This document shows, piece after piece, positions 28,478 through 36,810 of a stretch of DNA of 49,401 nucleotides. The notes under the pieces are model-generated. The model ran no database searches, had not been told where the DNA came from, and saw only the letters and a list, made by a program, of their open reading frames with translations. A program made the translations under genes and the position numbers. Origin of the DNA: Acidimicrobiaceae bacterium (GTDB lineage Bacteria > Actinomycetota > Acidimicrobiia > Acidimicrobiales > RAAP-2); the NCBI GenBank assembly GCA_003169235.1, contig PMPX01000131.1, positions 4,600 to 54,000 of the forward strand, written 5' to 3'. Every line of letters starts with the position of its first letter. Position 1 is the first letter of the stretch.

Positions 28478-29745
28478 CCGAGGTCGTGCCGCTGGCGGAG
28501 GCGCACGACGATGCACGGTTCGGGGCGAAGGCGACCGGCTTGGGAGCCGCGGCGCGCTCGGGGCTGCCCATTCCCCCCGGGATCGCCCTGTCGGGCTCCA
28601 TCGTCGACGCGGTGGCCGCCGGTCACCAGCCCTCGATCGCGCAACTCATGGAGCGCGCCCGCCCACTCGAGGGCCCGCTTGCGGTGCGCTCGTCAGCGGT
28701 CGACGAGGACGGTGCGGACGCGAGCTTCGCCGGCCAGCACCTCACGCTGCTCAACGTTCCTTCGGTCGACGACCTGCAGGCGGCGCTGCAGGAGATCTGG
28801 TGGTCGGCGAACTCGGATTCGGCGATCACGTACCGCCAGCGAGTGGGACTCTTCACCCAGCCGAGCATCGGCGTCGTGGTCCAGTCACTTCTCGATCCCG
28901 ACGTGGCGGGGGTCCTCTTCACCCAGAACCCGATCAACGGGGCTGACGAGCGGCTCATCGAGGCGAGCTGGGGCCTCGGCGAGGTGGTCGTGGCTGGACG
29001 TGTGATCCCCGACAGCTTCCGCATGGATCGGGGCGGCACGGTCCACGAGCGCACGCCTGGCGTCAAGAAGATCGCGATTCGCGCCGCCCCCGATGGCGGC
29101 ACCTCCGAGGAGAGCGTCCACCCGCACCTCGTCGGGAGCCTCTGCCTGGACGACGATCAGCTCACCCAGCTCAACCTGCTCGCCGGCCAGTGCGAACAGG
29201 TCTTTGGGCCTTCACGCGACATCGAGTGGGCGTTCGCGGGCGGGCAGCTGTACCTGCTGCAGTGCCGGGCCGTGACGCGGGCGGGGTCACCGGCCCCGCG
29301 GGCGACGACCGCCTCGGGCGACCACCGGCAGGTCGACGTCATTGAGCGGGTGCCGCTTTTTGCCAACATGAGCCAACGCGACACGCAGGGCATCGCCGCG
29401 CTGTTCAAGGAGCGCCGGTTTGCCACGGGCGAGACGATCACCAAGGAGGGGACGGGTGGCGCAGCGTTCTTCGTGATCGAGTCGGGCCGGGCCACGGTCT
29501 CCGTCGGCGGCCGGCCACGGGCGACGTTGTCGGAGGGCGACTACTTCGGGGAGATCGCGCTGATCGACGAGGGAGCACGCTCGGCGACCGTCACCGCCGA
29601 TTCCGACCTCGTCTGCTACGGCCTCACCTATTGGGAGTTCAGACCGCTGGTCCAGCAGAACGCGACCATTGCCTGGAATCTGCTGCAGACGTTGGCCAAG
29701 CGTCTGCGCGTGGCCCAGGACGACGAGCGGGACGAGCCGCTCTAG
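28474..29745 (+). CDS. PPDK_N-type ATP-grasp (PEP/pyruvate-binding) domain fused to a cyclic-nucleotide-binding domain
   Basis: Residues 1 to about 265 carry FGAKATGL, LAVRSSAVDEDGADASFAGQH and EASWGLGEVVVAG. Residues about 288-410 carry VPLFANMS...GDYFGEIALIDEGARSATVTA, a cNMP-binding barrel. The ATG overlaps the upstream stop (ATGA). Confidence 0.8.
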   Translation: MTEVVPLAEAHDDARFGAKATGLGAAARSGLPIPPGIALSGSIVDAVAAGHQPSIAQLMERARPLEGPLAVRSSAVDEDGADASFAGQHLTLLNVPSVDDLQAALQEIWWSANSDSAITYRQRVGLFTQPSIGVVVQSLLDPDVAGVLFTQNPINGADERLIEASWGLGEVVVAGRVIPDSFRMDRGGTVHERTPGVKKIAIRAAPDGGTSEESVHPHLVGSLCLDDDQLTQLNLLAGQCEQVFGPSRDIEWAFAGGQLYLLQCRAVTRAGSPAPRATTASGDHRQVDVIERVPLFANMSQRDTQGIAALFKERRFATGETITKEGTGGAAFFVIESGRATVSVGGRPRATLSEGDYFGEIALIDEGARSATVTADSDLVCYGLTYWEFRPLVQQNATIAWNLLQTLAKRLRVAQDDERDEPL

Positions 29746-29812
29746 CCCCTTCGGGCGCAGATACTGCGACTTCTCGCCCGCGCTCCACGTGCAGTGAGGC
29801 GCCCGCCCGGCC

Positions 29813-30634
29813 TCAGCCCGTGATGAAGTCCCTCACGATGGGGAAGAAGCGGTCAGGCTCGGCGACCTGAATGAAGTGGCTGGAATCGTCGAAGATCCTC
29901 AGCGTCACATCGGGTCCCGGGAGAGACTTGACGATCTCCTGGGCGGCGGCCACCGGCGTAATCGGATCCTTGCGACCGGCGAGGATCAGCACCGGTACCC
30001 GGACCGCGCCCAATCCGGGGCGCAGGTCCATTTCCATCTCGCCGTCGAAGCCGACCAGCAGGTAGGTTCAGCACACACCGCGCCGTGACGTCCGTCAGCG
30101 ATTCCGAGTGGTACAGCGGAATGCAGTGCTCCAGGTACCCCATCATGCTCTCGTTGTCATGGGCGGTCCAGAAGGTGCGTGCAGCCTCGGCCGCCACGGG
30201 TCCTCCGAGCGCGGAGAAAGCGGCGACGATGCGCTCGACATCGAGGTGCGCCGCGGTGGATTGCAGGATCACCTTCTTTGCGTGCCCGGGATGGCGGGCC
30301 GCATAGACCATCCCCCGAATGACCACCCCAGCATGATGGGTGCCTCGATTTCGAGAGCGTCACAGAATCCCTTGACGTCGTCGGCCCAGGTGTCGAGGTT
30401 CCAGGTACTCGCGTCCCCCCGATCGCTGCGACCGTTCCCCCTGTGGTCGAGATAGACCAGCTGCGCGACGTCGGAAAGTTGCGAGTAGTCGGGTTTGAAA
30501 TTCGAGTGGTCGAAGCCCGGGCCGCCGCGGAGCAGCAAGACCGTCGGTTTCTCCCGCATGGAAGGGCCGTCTGGCACGAGCTTGGGTCCCTCGACATCGA
30601 AGAACAGGGTTGTGTCGTTCACCCGAACGCGCAT
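29813..30634 (-). pseudogene. alpha/beta hydrolase (proline-iminopeptidase-like) disrupted by two frameshifts
   Basis: Three consecutive minus-strand ORF pieces read as one enzyme. They are 30269..30634 (LLLRGGPGFDHS...HRGNGRS...IMLGWSFGG), 29853..30326 (MVYAARHPGHAKKVILQ...) and 29813..30037 (VPVLILAGRKDPITP...SSHF). The frame changes at a C5 run (30312-30316) and again near 30065-30072. Confidence 0.7.
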
Positions 30635-30671
30635 GGCTGCAGTCTTTCACCAGGTCGCCGAACGTTCCGAG

Positions 30672-30756
30672 CGGAGGGAGTGGGATTCGAACCCACGGAA
30701 GCTTGCGCCTCGCAGCTTTTCAAGAGCTGTGCATTCGTCCGCTCTGCCATCCCTCC
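30672..30756 (-). tRNA. tRNA-Ser (anticodon UGA)
   Basis: The minus strand reads GGAGGGA-TG-GCAGAGCGGACGAATGC-A-CAGCT-CTTGAAA-AGCTG, then a long variable arm CGAGGCGCAAGCTTCC, then GTGGG-TTCGAAT-CCCAC-TCCCTCC-G. It is 85 nt, all stems pair, and CCA is not encoded. Confidence 0.9.
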
Positions 30757-30768
30757 AGGCGGCTCATG

Positions 30769-31254
30769 CTAGGTGAGGTGACCACCCTGACCGGCTGAGC
30801 CGCTCGCCCACTCGGCCAGCTCGACCACCACTCCGGGGCCGTCGAGGAACACCAGGCGCCGGTCGTGGAAGTCCATGACCTCGTTGCGTGGCGAGATCCC
30901 GTGCGCGGCCAGGTGCGCCAGTATGCCGTCGAGGTCACGCACCCGGAAGCAGACGTGGTTGAAGCCCGTGCGCGCCAACGATCCGGCGCCTGTGTCGGCG
31001 ACCGCCGCGGGGTGGTGGAACCGCAGCAGCTGGATCTCCTGGTGCACCGGTGCGCCCTCGAGCACCAGGGTCACGTGGTCCGCCTCCCATTCCGGGATCC
31101 CCATGAAGCGGGCCATCTCCTCGCCCGACACCACCACCGCGACGCGCTCGACGAAGCCCAGGAGCCCGAAGAAGCGCCGGGCGTGGTCCAGATCGGTGAC
31201 GACCACGGTCATGTGGTCGAAGCCCTCGTTGCTCCCGGCGTCCACGTCCCCCAC
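30769..31254 (-). CDS. VOC family protein (glyoxalase fold)
   Basis: The GTG at 31254 is preceded by GGAGGA. GFDHMTVVVTDLDHARRFFGLLGF and GFNHVCFRVRDLD are present. The upstream part of ORF 30769..31698 is not protein-like. Confidence 0.75.
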   Translation of the reverse strand: MGDVDAGSNEGFDHMTVVVTDLDHARRFFGLLGFVERVAVVVSGEEMARFMGIPEWEADHVTLVLEGAPVHQEIQLLRFHHPAAVADTGAGSLARTGFNHVCFRVRDLDGILAHLAAHGISPRNEVMDFHDRRLVFLDGPGVVVELAEWASGSAGQGGHLT

Positions 31255-31277
31255 GGCCGTCCTCCGTCCTTCTGGTC

Positions 31278-33125
31278 CTACCCCTTGGCGGCCTGGTCCC
31301 GCCCGTCGCGGGCGCGGCTGTGCAGCCGTCCCCGTGTCGCCTGGTCCAGGATCACCTTGCGCAGCCGCACCACCTTGGGCGTGACCTCCACGCACTCGTC
31401 CTCCGCGATGAACTCGAGGGCGTGCTCCAGGGAGAAGAACATCGCCGGCGTCAGCCGGGAGAACTCCTCGGCGGTCGAGGAGCGAATGTTGTTGAGCTTC
31501 TTCTCCTTGGTCGGGTTCACGTCCATCTCCTCGGCCCGGGCGTTCTCCCCGACGATCATGCCCTCGTAGACCTCCTCCGCCGGCCCGACGATCAGCGTGC
31601 CGCGCTCTTGCAGGTTCATCAGCGCGAACGTCGTCGTCACCCCGCGGCGGTCGGCCACCATGGACCCGTTGCGCCTGGTGCGCAGCTCGCCGTGCCACGG
31701 CTCCCAGCCGTCGAACACGTGGTGGAGGATGCCGGTCCCGCGCGTCTCGGTCAGGAACTCGGTCCGGAAACCGATCAGGCCACGGGCCGGGACCCGGTAG
31801 TCGAGCCGGACCCAGCCCGTCCCGTGGTTGACCATCTCGAGCATGGTCCCCTTGCGCAGGGCGAGCAGCTGGGTCACGACGCCGAGATACTCGTCGGGCA
31901 CGTCGACCGACACCCGCTCCACCGGCTCGTGGACCTTTCCGTCGATCTCGCGGGTCACCACCTGTGGCTTGCCCACGGTGAGCTCGAAGCCCTCACGACG
32001 CATGGTCTCGACCAGCACGGCCAGCTGGAGCTCGCCGCGCCCGAGCACCTCCCAGAGGTCGGGACGGTCGGTGTTGCTCACCCGGATGGCCACGTTGCCG
32101 ACGAGCTCGGTGTCCAGTCGGGACTTGAGCAATCGGGCCGTGAGCTTCGTGCCGTCCGCGCCCGACAGCGGCGAGGTGTTGATGCCGATGGTCATGGCCA
32201 GGCTGGGCTCGTCGACGGTGATGGCGGGGAGCGCGATCGGGCGGTCGGGGTCGGCCAGGGTCTCCCCGATCGTGACCTCGGCGAGACCGGCCACGGAGAC
32301 GATCTCCCCCGGTCCGGCCGATTCGGCCGGCACCTGGTCGAGGGCCTCGGTGACGTAGAGCTCGGTGATCTTGGCCTTCTCCACGGTGCCGTCGAGCCGG
32401 CACCAGGCCACGGTGCTGCCCTTCACGAGGGTGCCGTTGTGGACGCGGCAGATGGCGAGCCGCCCGAGATAGGGCGAGGCGGACAGGTTGCAGACGAGGG
32501 CCTGGCTCGGCATGTCCTCGTCGAACGACGGTGCCGGGACGTGCTCGATGATGGTCTGGAAGAGCGGCTCGACGTTGACGCCCTCCATGCCACGCTCGGT
32601 GCTGACCCAGCCGGCCCTGGCGTTGGAGTAGAGGATCGGGAAGCTGATCTGGTCCTCGTCGGCGTCGAGGTCGAGGAAGAGCTCCTCGACCTGGTCGATG
32701 ACCTCGGCGATGCGGGCGTCGGGCCGGTCGACCTTGTTGATCACGACCACCACGGGGAGCCGGGCCTCGAGCGCCTTGCGCAGCACGAAGCGGGTCTGGG
32801 GGAGGGGCCCCTCCGAGGCGTCGACCAGCAGGAGGACGCCGTCGACCATGGTCAAGCCGCGCTCCACCTCGCCTCCGAAGTCGGCGTGCCCGGGGGTGTC
32901 GACGATGTTGAGCTTCACACCGCCCCAGCGCACGGCGGTGTTCTTGGCCAGGATGGTGATGCCCTTCTCCCGCTCGAGGTCGCCCGAGTCCATGACCCGG
33001 TCGGTGAGCTCCTCGTGGGCCCCGAAGGCGCCGGTCTGGCGCAGGAGGGCGTCCACCAGCGTCGTCTTGCCGTGATCGACGTGGGCCACGATGGCCACGT
33101 TCCGGATGTCCTCGCGCGTTCCCAT
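31278..33125 (-). CDS. typA: translational GTPase TypA/BipA
   Basis: It starts at ATG 33125. [22 protein letters not shown] (G1), [17 protein letters not shown] and INKVD are present, and the remainder is EF-G-like and full length. Confidence 0.95.
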   Translation of the reverse strand: MGTREDIRNVAIVAHVDHGKTTLVDALLRQTGAFGAHEELTDRVMDSGDLEREKGITILAKNTAVRWGGVKLNIVDTPGHADFGGEVERGLTMVDGVLLLVDASEGPLPQTRFVLRKALEARLPVVVVINKVDRPDARIAEVIDQVEELFLDLDADEDQISFPILYSNARAGWVSTERGMEGVNVEPLFQTIIEHVPAPSFDEDMPSQALVCNLSASPYLGRLAICRVHNGTLVKGSTVAWCRLDGTVEKAKITELYVTEALDQVPAESAGPGEIVSVAGLAEVTIGETLADPDRPIALPAITVDEPSLAMTIGINTSPLSGADGTKLTARLLKSRLDTELVGNVAIRVSNTDRPDLWEVLGRGELQLAVLVETMRREGFELTVGKPQVVTREIDGKVHEPVERVSVDVPDEYLGVVTQLLALRKGTMLEMVNHGTGWVRLDYRVPARGLIGFRTEFLTETRGTGILHHVFDGWEPWHGELRTRRNGSMVADRRGVTTTFALMNLQERGTLIVGPAEEVYEGMIVGENARAEEMDVNPTKEKKLNNIRSSTAEEFSRLTPAMFFSLEHALEFIAEDECVEVTPKVVRLRKVILDQATRGRLHSRARDGRDQAAKG

Positions 33126-33159
33126 GGGGGTGCCAACGATAGAGGACCCGGGACGCTGC

Positions 33160-33966
33160 TCAGGCGGCGGAGCGCACCGGGGCACCGGCGGCGCCCAGGA
33201 CCAGGCCCACGGCCTCCGCGCCGAGGGTCAGCACCGCCGGCTCCGGCTCGACCCTGACCAGGTGGCCGGAGTCTGGCCACCACCCCACCACGCGCCCGGG
33301 AACGGCGCCGTCACGGGCCCGCAGCGAATCGACGAGCGTCACCAGGGCGAGCTCGGCACGGACCGACTCGCGGCGTGGCCCGGAGAGCACCACGAGGTTG
33401 GCCCGGTCCGTGCGGACCTCGGCCCGGCCCCGCAGCGCGAGGAGGGCGGAGTGCGGGCTGTCCCACCAGCGGTCGCGGCCGATGGTGAGGGTCGATCCGA
33501 GCGCTGGCCAGTCGAGGGCGCACCACAGGCGGGTGGCCCAGGTCACGGCCTCGGCGCCCACCGCCGCCCGGCCGGCGGGCGAGAGGCCGGCCAGCCAGCG
33601 GTCGAGCTGCGAGGCGCACGGGCTGCCGTCGCGGACCCAGTGGCAGGACTCCTCGAGCCGGGCGCGCACGGCCTCGACGGGGGAGCGGGCGTCGCCCGCG
33701 ACCAGGAGGCGTACCGCCGCCAGCCCGAGCGCCCGGCGTGACGTGCGGGCGGACCAGGCGAACGGGAGCTGCGCCGCGAGCTCGGTGGCGTCGCTGCTGA
33801 GCGCGGCCCTGATCTCGTGACCGGTGACCCGGAAGGGCCCCGCCCCGGCCCGGCGCACGGCCAGACCGGCCAGGGTGCCCTTCGCCTCCTCGAGGGTTGC
33901 CGCCCACGAGGAGGGGTCGACGTCCGCCAGTGGCGCCACCAGGGCATCGGTCAGCCGGTCAGCCAT
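33160..33966 (-). CDS. hypothetical protein (paralogue of the upstream gene; possible degenerate PD-(D/E)XK-like fold)
   Basis: This is the protein-like tail of ORF 33160..35391, starting at ATG 33966 (MADRLTDALVAPL...). It overlaps the upstream gene by 8 nt. I recognise no family motif. Confidence 0.55.
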   Translation of the reverse strand: MADRLTDALVAPLADVDPSSWAATLEEAKGTLAGLAVRRAGAGPFRVTGHEIRAALSSDATELAAQLPFAWSARTSRRALGLAAVRLLVAGDARSPVEAVRARLEESCHWVRDGSPCASQLDRWLAGLSPAGRAAVGAEAVTWATRLWCALDWPALGSTLTIGRDRWWDSPHSALLALRGRAEVRTDRANLVVLSGPRRESVRAELALVTLVDSLRARDGAVPGRVVGWWPDSGHLVRVEPEPAVLTLGAEAVGLVLGAAGAPVRSAA

Positions 33967-34804
33967 GGGGGCCCGTGGCCAGCCACGCGCACAGGTGGGA
34001 GGCGATCGCCCGGAGGTGCTCCTCGCGCACGTCCTCGACGCCGTAGCGGCCGGTCGCCGTCTCGAGCAGGGCCAGCCGGAACGGCGGGGTGCCGCTACGC
34101 AGCGTCTCGAGCAGCGCCAGGTAGTGCAGGCACCTCCGCTCGCGGGCCCACGGTCCGCTGGTCGAGAGCCCGAGCGCGCACAGCGAGGCCGTGCCGGGGT
34201 GCGGCAGGCCGACCAGCAGGTCGAAGGAGCCGTGGAGCACCACCCGGCCGCCGGCCAGCGGGATGGCCACGCGGTCGCTCGTCCGAGGCATCCAGCCCGG
34301 GGCGAACCGGGGCACCATCTCCCGCATGGTCGCCGCGTGCGAGGCCACCGTCTCGGACAGGGCCGACCGCGCCGGGGGAGCCAGCGACTCGATGTGCCGC
34401 ACCAGGGGCTCGGCTCCGGACGCCCGCAGCCCGTCGAGCGCGTCACGGAGCGGGTGGTCGAACCCTCCCTCGTTGACGAGCTGGCGGAACAGGGCGTGCA
34501 CGAGACGCGAGAGGAGCAGCTCTTCGGACAGCGCATCGCCGTCGCGCCATCCGGCGGGGGGACCGAGCAGCTGGCCCGCGCCGAGGAAGACCGGCGGGGC
34601 ATGCTCGCCCCGGGTGGCCACCACCTCGTAGGCGGCGTCCTCCAGCCAAGCCCGCAGGCCGCCGGCGAGCTCGGGATCGAAGCGGGGGCGGGCCGCCGTG
34701 TCTCCCCGGAGGAGCGCCAGCACCTCTCGTCCATTGCTCCGATCCGCCGGCGCGACGTCGAGGTGCGCAGGCCGGAGCAACGGGCGTGGTGCGACGATGA
34801 CCAT
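33959..34804 (-). CDS. hypothetical protein (possible degenerate PD-(D/E)XK-like fold)
   Basis: This is the protein-like tail of ORF 33959..36046. The start is ATG 34804 (MVIVAPRP...) or ATG 34849. It contains GRVVLHGSFDLLVG ... LCALGLSTSG ... LHYLALL. Confidence 0.55.
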   Translation of the reverse strand: MVIVAPRPLLRPAHLDVAPADRSNGREVLALLRGDTAARPRFDPELAGGLRAWLEDAAYEVVATRGEHAPPVFLGAGQLLGPPAGWRDGDALSEELLLSRLVHALFRQLVNEGGFDHPLRDALDGLRASGAEPLVRHIESLAPPARSALSETVASHAATMREMVPRFAPGWMPRTSDRVAIPLAGGRVVLHGSFDLLVGLPHPGTASLCALGLSTSGPWARERRCLHYLALLETLRSGTPPFRLALLETATGRYGVEDVREEHLRAIASHLCAWLATGPHG

Positions 34805-34847
34805 CGGTGCAGTGTGCCCACGGGGTGTGACATACCCTGGCTGTGCC

Positions 34848-35054
34848 ATGGCACCTGCTCTCGTCCCGCTGGCGCCGGCGACGAACGTCGCCTTCCTCGC
34901 GATCTTCGGGATCTTCGTCGTCGCCATGGTCGTGCTGGCCGTGCTCGTCGTCGTGTGGGCGGTGCGCCACGACGTGGCCGGCCGGAAGGCGTGGCGCGAG
35001 CGCCAGCAGTCCCGCAGTGAGCAGTCCCCTCCGCCGCCCCGGGCCACCCCGTGA
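34848..35054 (+). CDS. small single-pass membrane protein (68 aa)
   Basis: It starts at ATG 34848 and reads MAPALVPLAPATNVAFLAIFGIFVVAMVVLAVLVVVWAV, followed by a basic tail. Its stop overlaps the patatin GTG (GTGA). Confidence 0.45.
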   Translation: MAPALVPLAPATNVAFLAIFGIFVVAMVVLAVLVVVWAVRHDVAGRKAWRERQQSRSEQSPPPPRATP

Positions 35055-36013
35055 GCAGCACACCCGACACCGACGGGGTGACGACCGTCCCGTGGTCCGA
35101 ACGGCTGCGCGGCCGGTGGGCGCAGCGGCGGCACGCGGCCAACGGGCGCCGCTCGCCCGTGCCGCGGCGGACCGCCTTCGTGCTGGCCGGCGGTGGCAGC
35201 CGGGGCGCGGTGCAGGTCGGCATGCTCGAGGAGCTGATCAGGCGCGGCATCCGGGCGGACCGAGTGTTCGGTGCCTCCGTCGGCGCCATCAACGGTGCGT
35301 CGTACGCGGGCAACCCCACCCTCGAGGGCATCGAGCGCATGGCCACCATCTGGCGCGAGGTGAAGGGGACCGACATCTTCCCCCGCGGCACCTTCGACGG
35401 GCCCTGGGCCTACTTCCAGAAGCGCGCCGCGGTGCACGCCAACTCGGGGCTGCGCGCCATCATCGAGGCCGGGATCGACTACGAGAACCTCGAGGACGCC
35501 TCCATCCCGATCGAGGTGGTGACGACGTCGCTGACCGACGGGCGGGAGCGCTGGATAGGCCATGGTCCCGCCGTCCAGGCCATCCTGGCCTCCGCCGCGA
35601 TCCCCTCCATCTTCCCGCCGGTGACGATCGACAACGACGTGCTGGTCGACGGCGGCGTCGTCAACAACGTGCCGATCAGCCGCGCGCTGCTCGCCGGGTG
35701 CGACCGCATCTACGTGCTCCTCTGCGGGCCGCTGCACTTCCATCCCCGCCCGCCGCGCCGCCCGGCCGAGGCGGCACTGACCGCGTTCTTCGTGGCCGTC
35801 CACGCCCGCTTCGTGCGCGAGCTGGCGGCACTGCCGCCGGGCGCCGAGGTGGTCGTCTTCAGCGGCGGCGGTGAGCCGTCGGGCCAGTACCGCGACTTCT
35901 CGGCGACGGCGACCCTCATAGAGGAGGGCCGGGCCGAGGTGGCCGACGTGCTCGACCGCTACGTCGGGACGTCGCACGACCTGGCCCACCCGGCGCCGAC
36001 GGCGTTCCCGTGA
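35051..36013 (+). CDS. patatin-like phospholipase
   Basis: The oxyanion-hole motif is LAGGGSRGA, the catalytic GxSxG is GASVG, and the catalytic Asp motif is LVDGGVVNNVP. Confidence 0.85.
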   Translation: MSSTPDTDGVTTVPWSERLRGRWAQRRHAANGRRSPVPRRTAFVLAGGGSRGAVQVGMLEELIRRGIRADRVFGASVGAINGASYAGNPTLEGIERMATIWREVKGTDIFPRGTFDGPWAYFQKRAAVHANSGLRAIIEAGIDYENLEDASIPIEVVTTSLTDGRERWIGHGPAVQAILASAAIPSIFPPVTIDNDVLVDGGVVNNVPISRALLAGCDRIYVLLCGPLHFHPRPPRRPAEAALTAFFVAVHARFVRELAALPPGAEVVVFSGGGEPSGQYRDFSATATLIEEGRAEVADVLDRYVGTSHDLAHPAPTAFP

Positions 36014-36807
36014 GCGCCGACCGCTACCTGCTCTCCAACGACGCACCCGAGGCCATGGACCGCTTCACCGCGTTCGCCACGCTCTTCGACCCCTCGACGT
36101 TCCGTCACCTCGACCGGCTCGGGCTGACCGACGGCTGGCGCTGCTGGGAGGTGGGTGCCGGCGGCACCACGGTGGTCGCCCGTCTCTCGGAGCGGGTGGG
36201 CCCGGCCGGGCACGTGCTCGCCACCGACGTCAACCTGTCCTGGGCCACGGGCGCCGCCGCCCCCAACGTCGAGGTCATGGAGCACGACGTGGCGGGCACG
36301 CCGCCCCCCGGGGCACCCTTCGACCTCGTCCACGCCCGTCTCGTCCTGGTGCACGTGCCCGAGCGCGACGTCGCCCTCGCCAACATGATGGCGGCCCTCC
36401 GGCCCGGCGGGGTGCTGCTGGTGGAGGACGCCGACCCGGCACTCCAGCCGCTCAGCTGCCTTGAGGAGACCGGGCCCGAGCAGGTGCTGGCCAACCGTGT
36501 GCGCCGCGGCTTCCGCGCGCTGCTGGCCGAACGGGGGGTCGACCTGGCCTACGGGCGCTCCCTGCCCCGGCGCCTGCGGGAGGCCGGCCTGGTCGACGTG
36601 GCCGCCGACGCCGCCTTCCCGGTCAGCGATCCTGCCTGCAACCACCTCGAGGTGGCGACGGTCCACCTCATCCGGGACCAGCTCCTCGACCACGGCATCG
36701 CCACCGAGGCCGAGATCGGGCGGCACCTGGCCGCCGTGGCCGCCGGGAGGCTGGACCTGACCCAGCCACCGATGATCTCTTGTTGGGGCCGCCGGCCGCC
36801 TGCCTGA
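36010..36807 (+). CDS. class I SAM-dependent methyltransferase (small-molecule type)
   Basis: Motif I is CWEVGAGGTTVVARL. FDLVHARLVLVHVP and LRPGGVLLVED are present. The GTG start forms GTGA with the patatin stop. Confidence 0.8.
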   Translation: MSADRYLLSNDAPEAMDRFTAFATLFDPSTFRHLDRLGLTDGWRCWEVGAGGTTVVARLSERVGPAGHVLATDVNLSWATGAAAPNVEVMEHDVAGTPPPGAPFDLVHARLVLVHVPERDVALANMMAALRPGGVLLVEDADPALQPLSCLEETGPEQVLANRVRRGFRALLAERGVDLAYGRSLPRRLREAGLVDVAADAAFPVSDPACNHLEVATVHLIRDQLLDHGIATEAEIGRHLAAVAAGRLDLTQPPMISCWGRRPPA

Positions 36808-36810
36808 CCG

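Noticed and set aside
29813-30634. Programmed ribosomal frameshifting in the alpha/beta hydrolase
   Set aside because: Two independent shifts would be needed, with no slippery heptamer or downstream structure. A homopolymer indel, from either real decay or sequencing error, is the simpler explanation.
26576-30756. A genomic island integrated at tRNA-Ser
   Set aside because: By eye I found no integrase or recombinase, no copy of the tRNA 3' segment that could serve as an att repeat, and no obvious shift in codon style. The decisive check would be a computational repeat search for the last ~20-45 nt of the tRNA.
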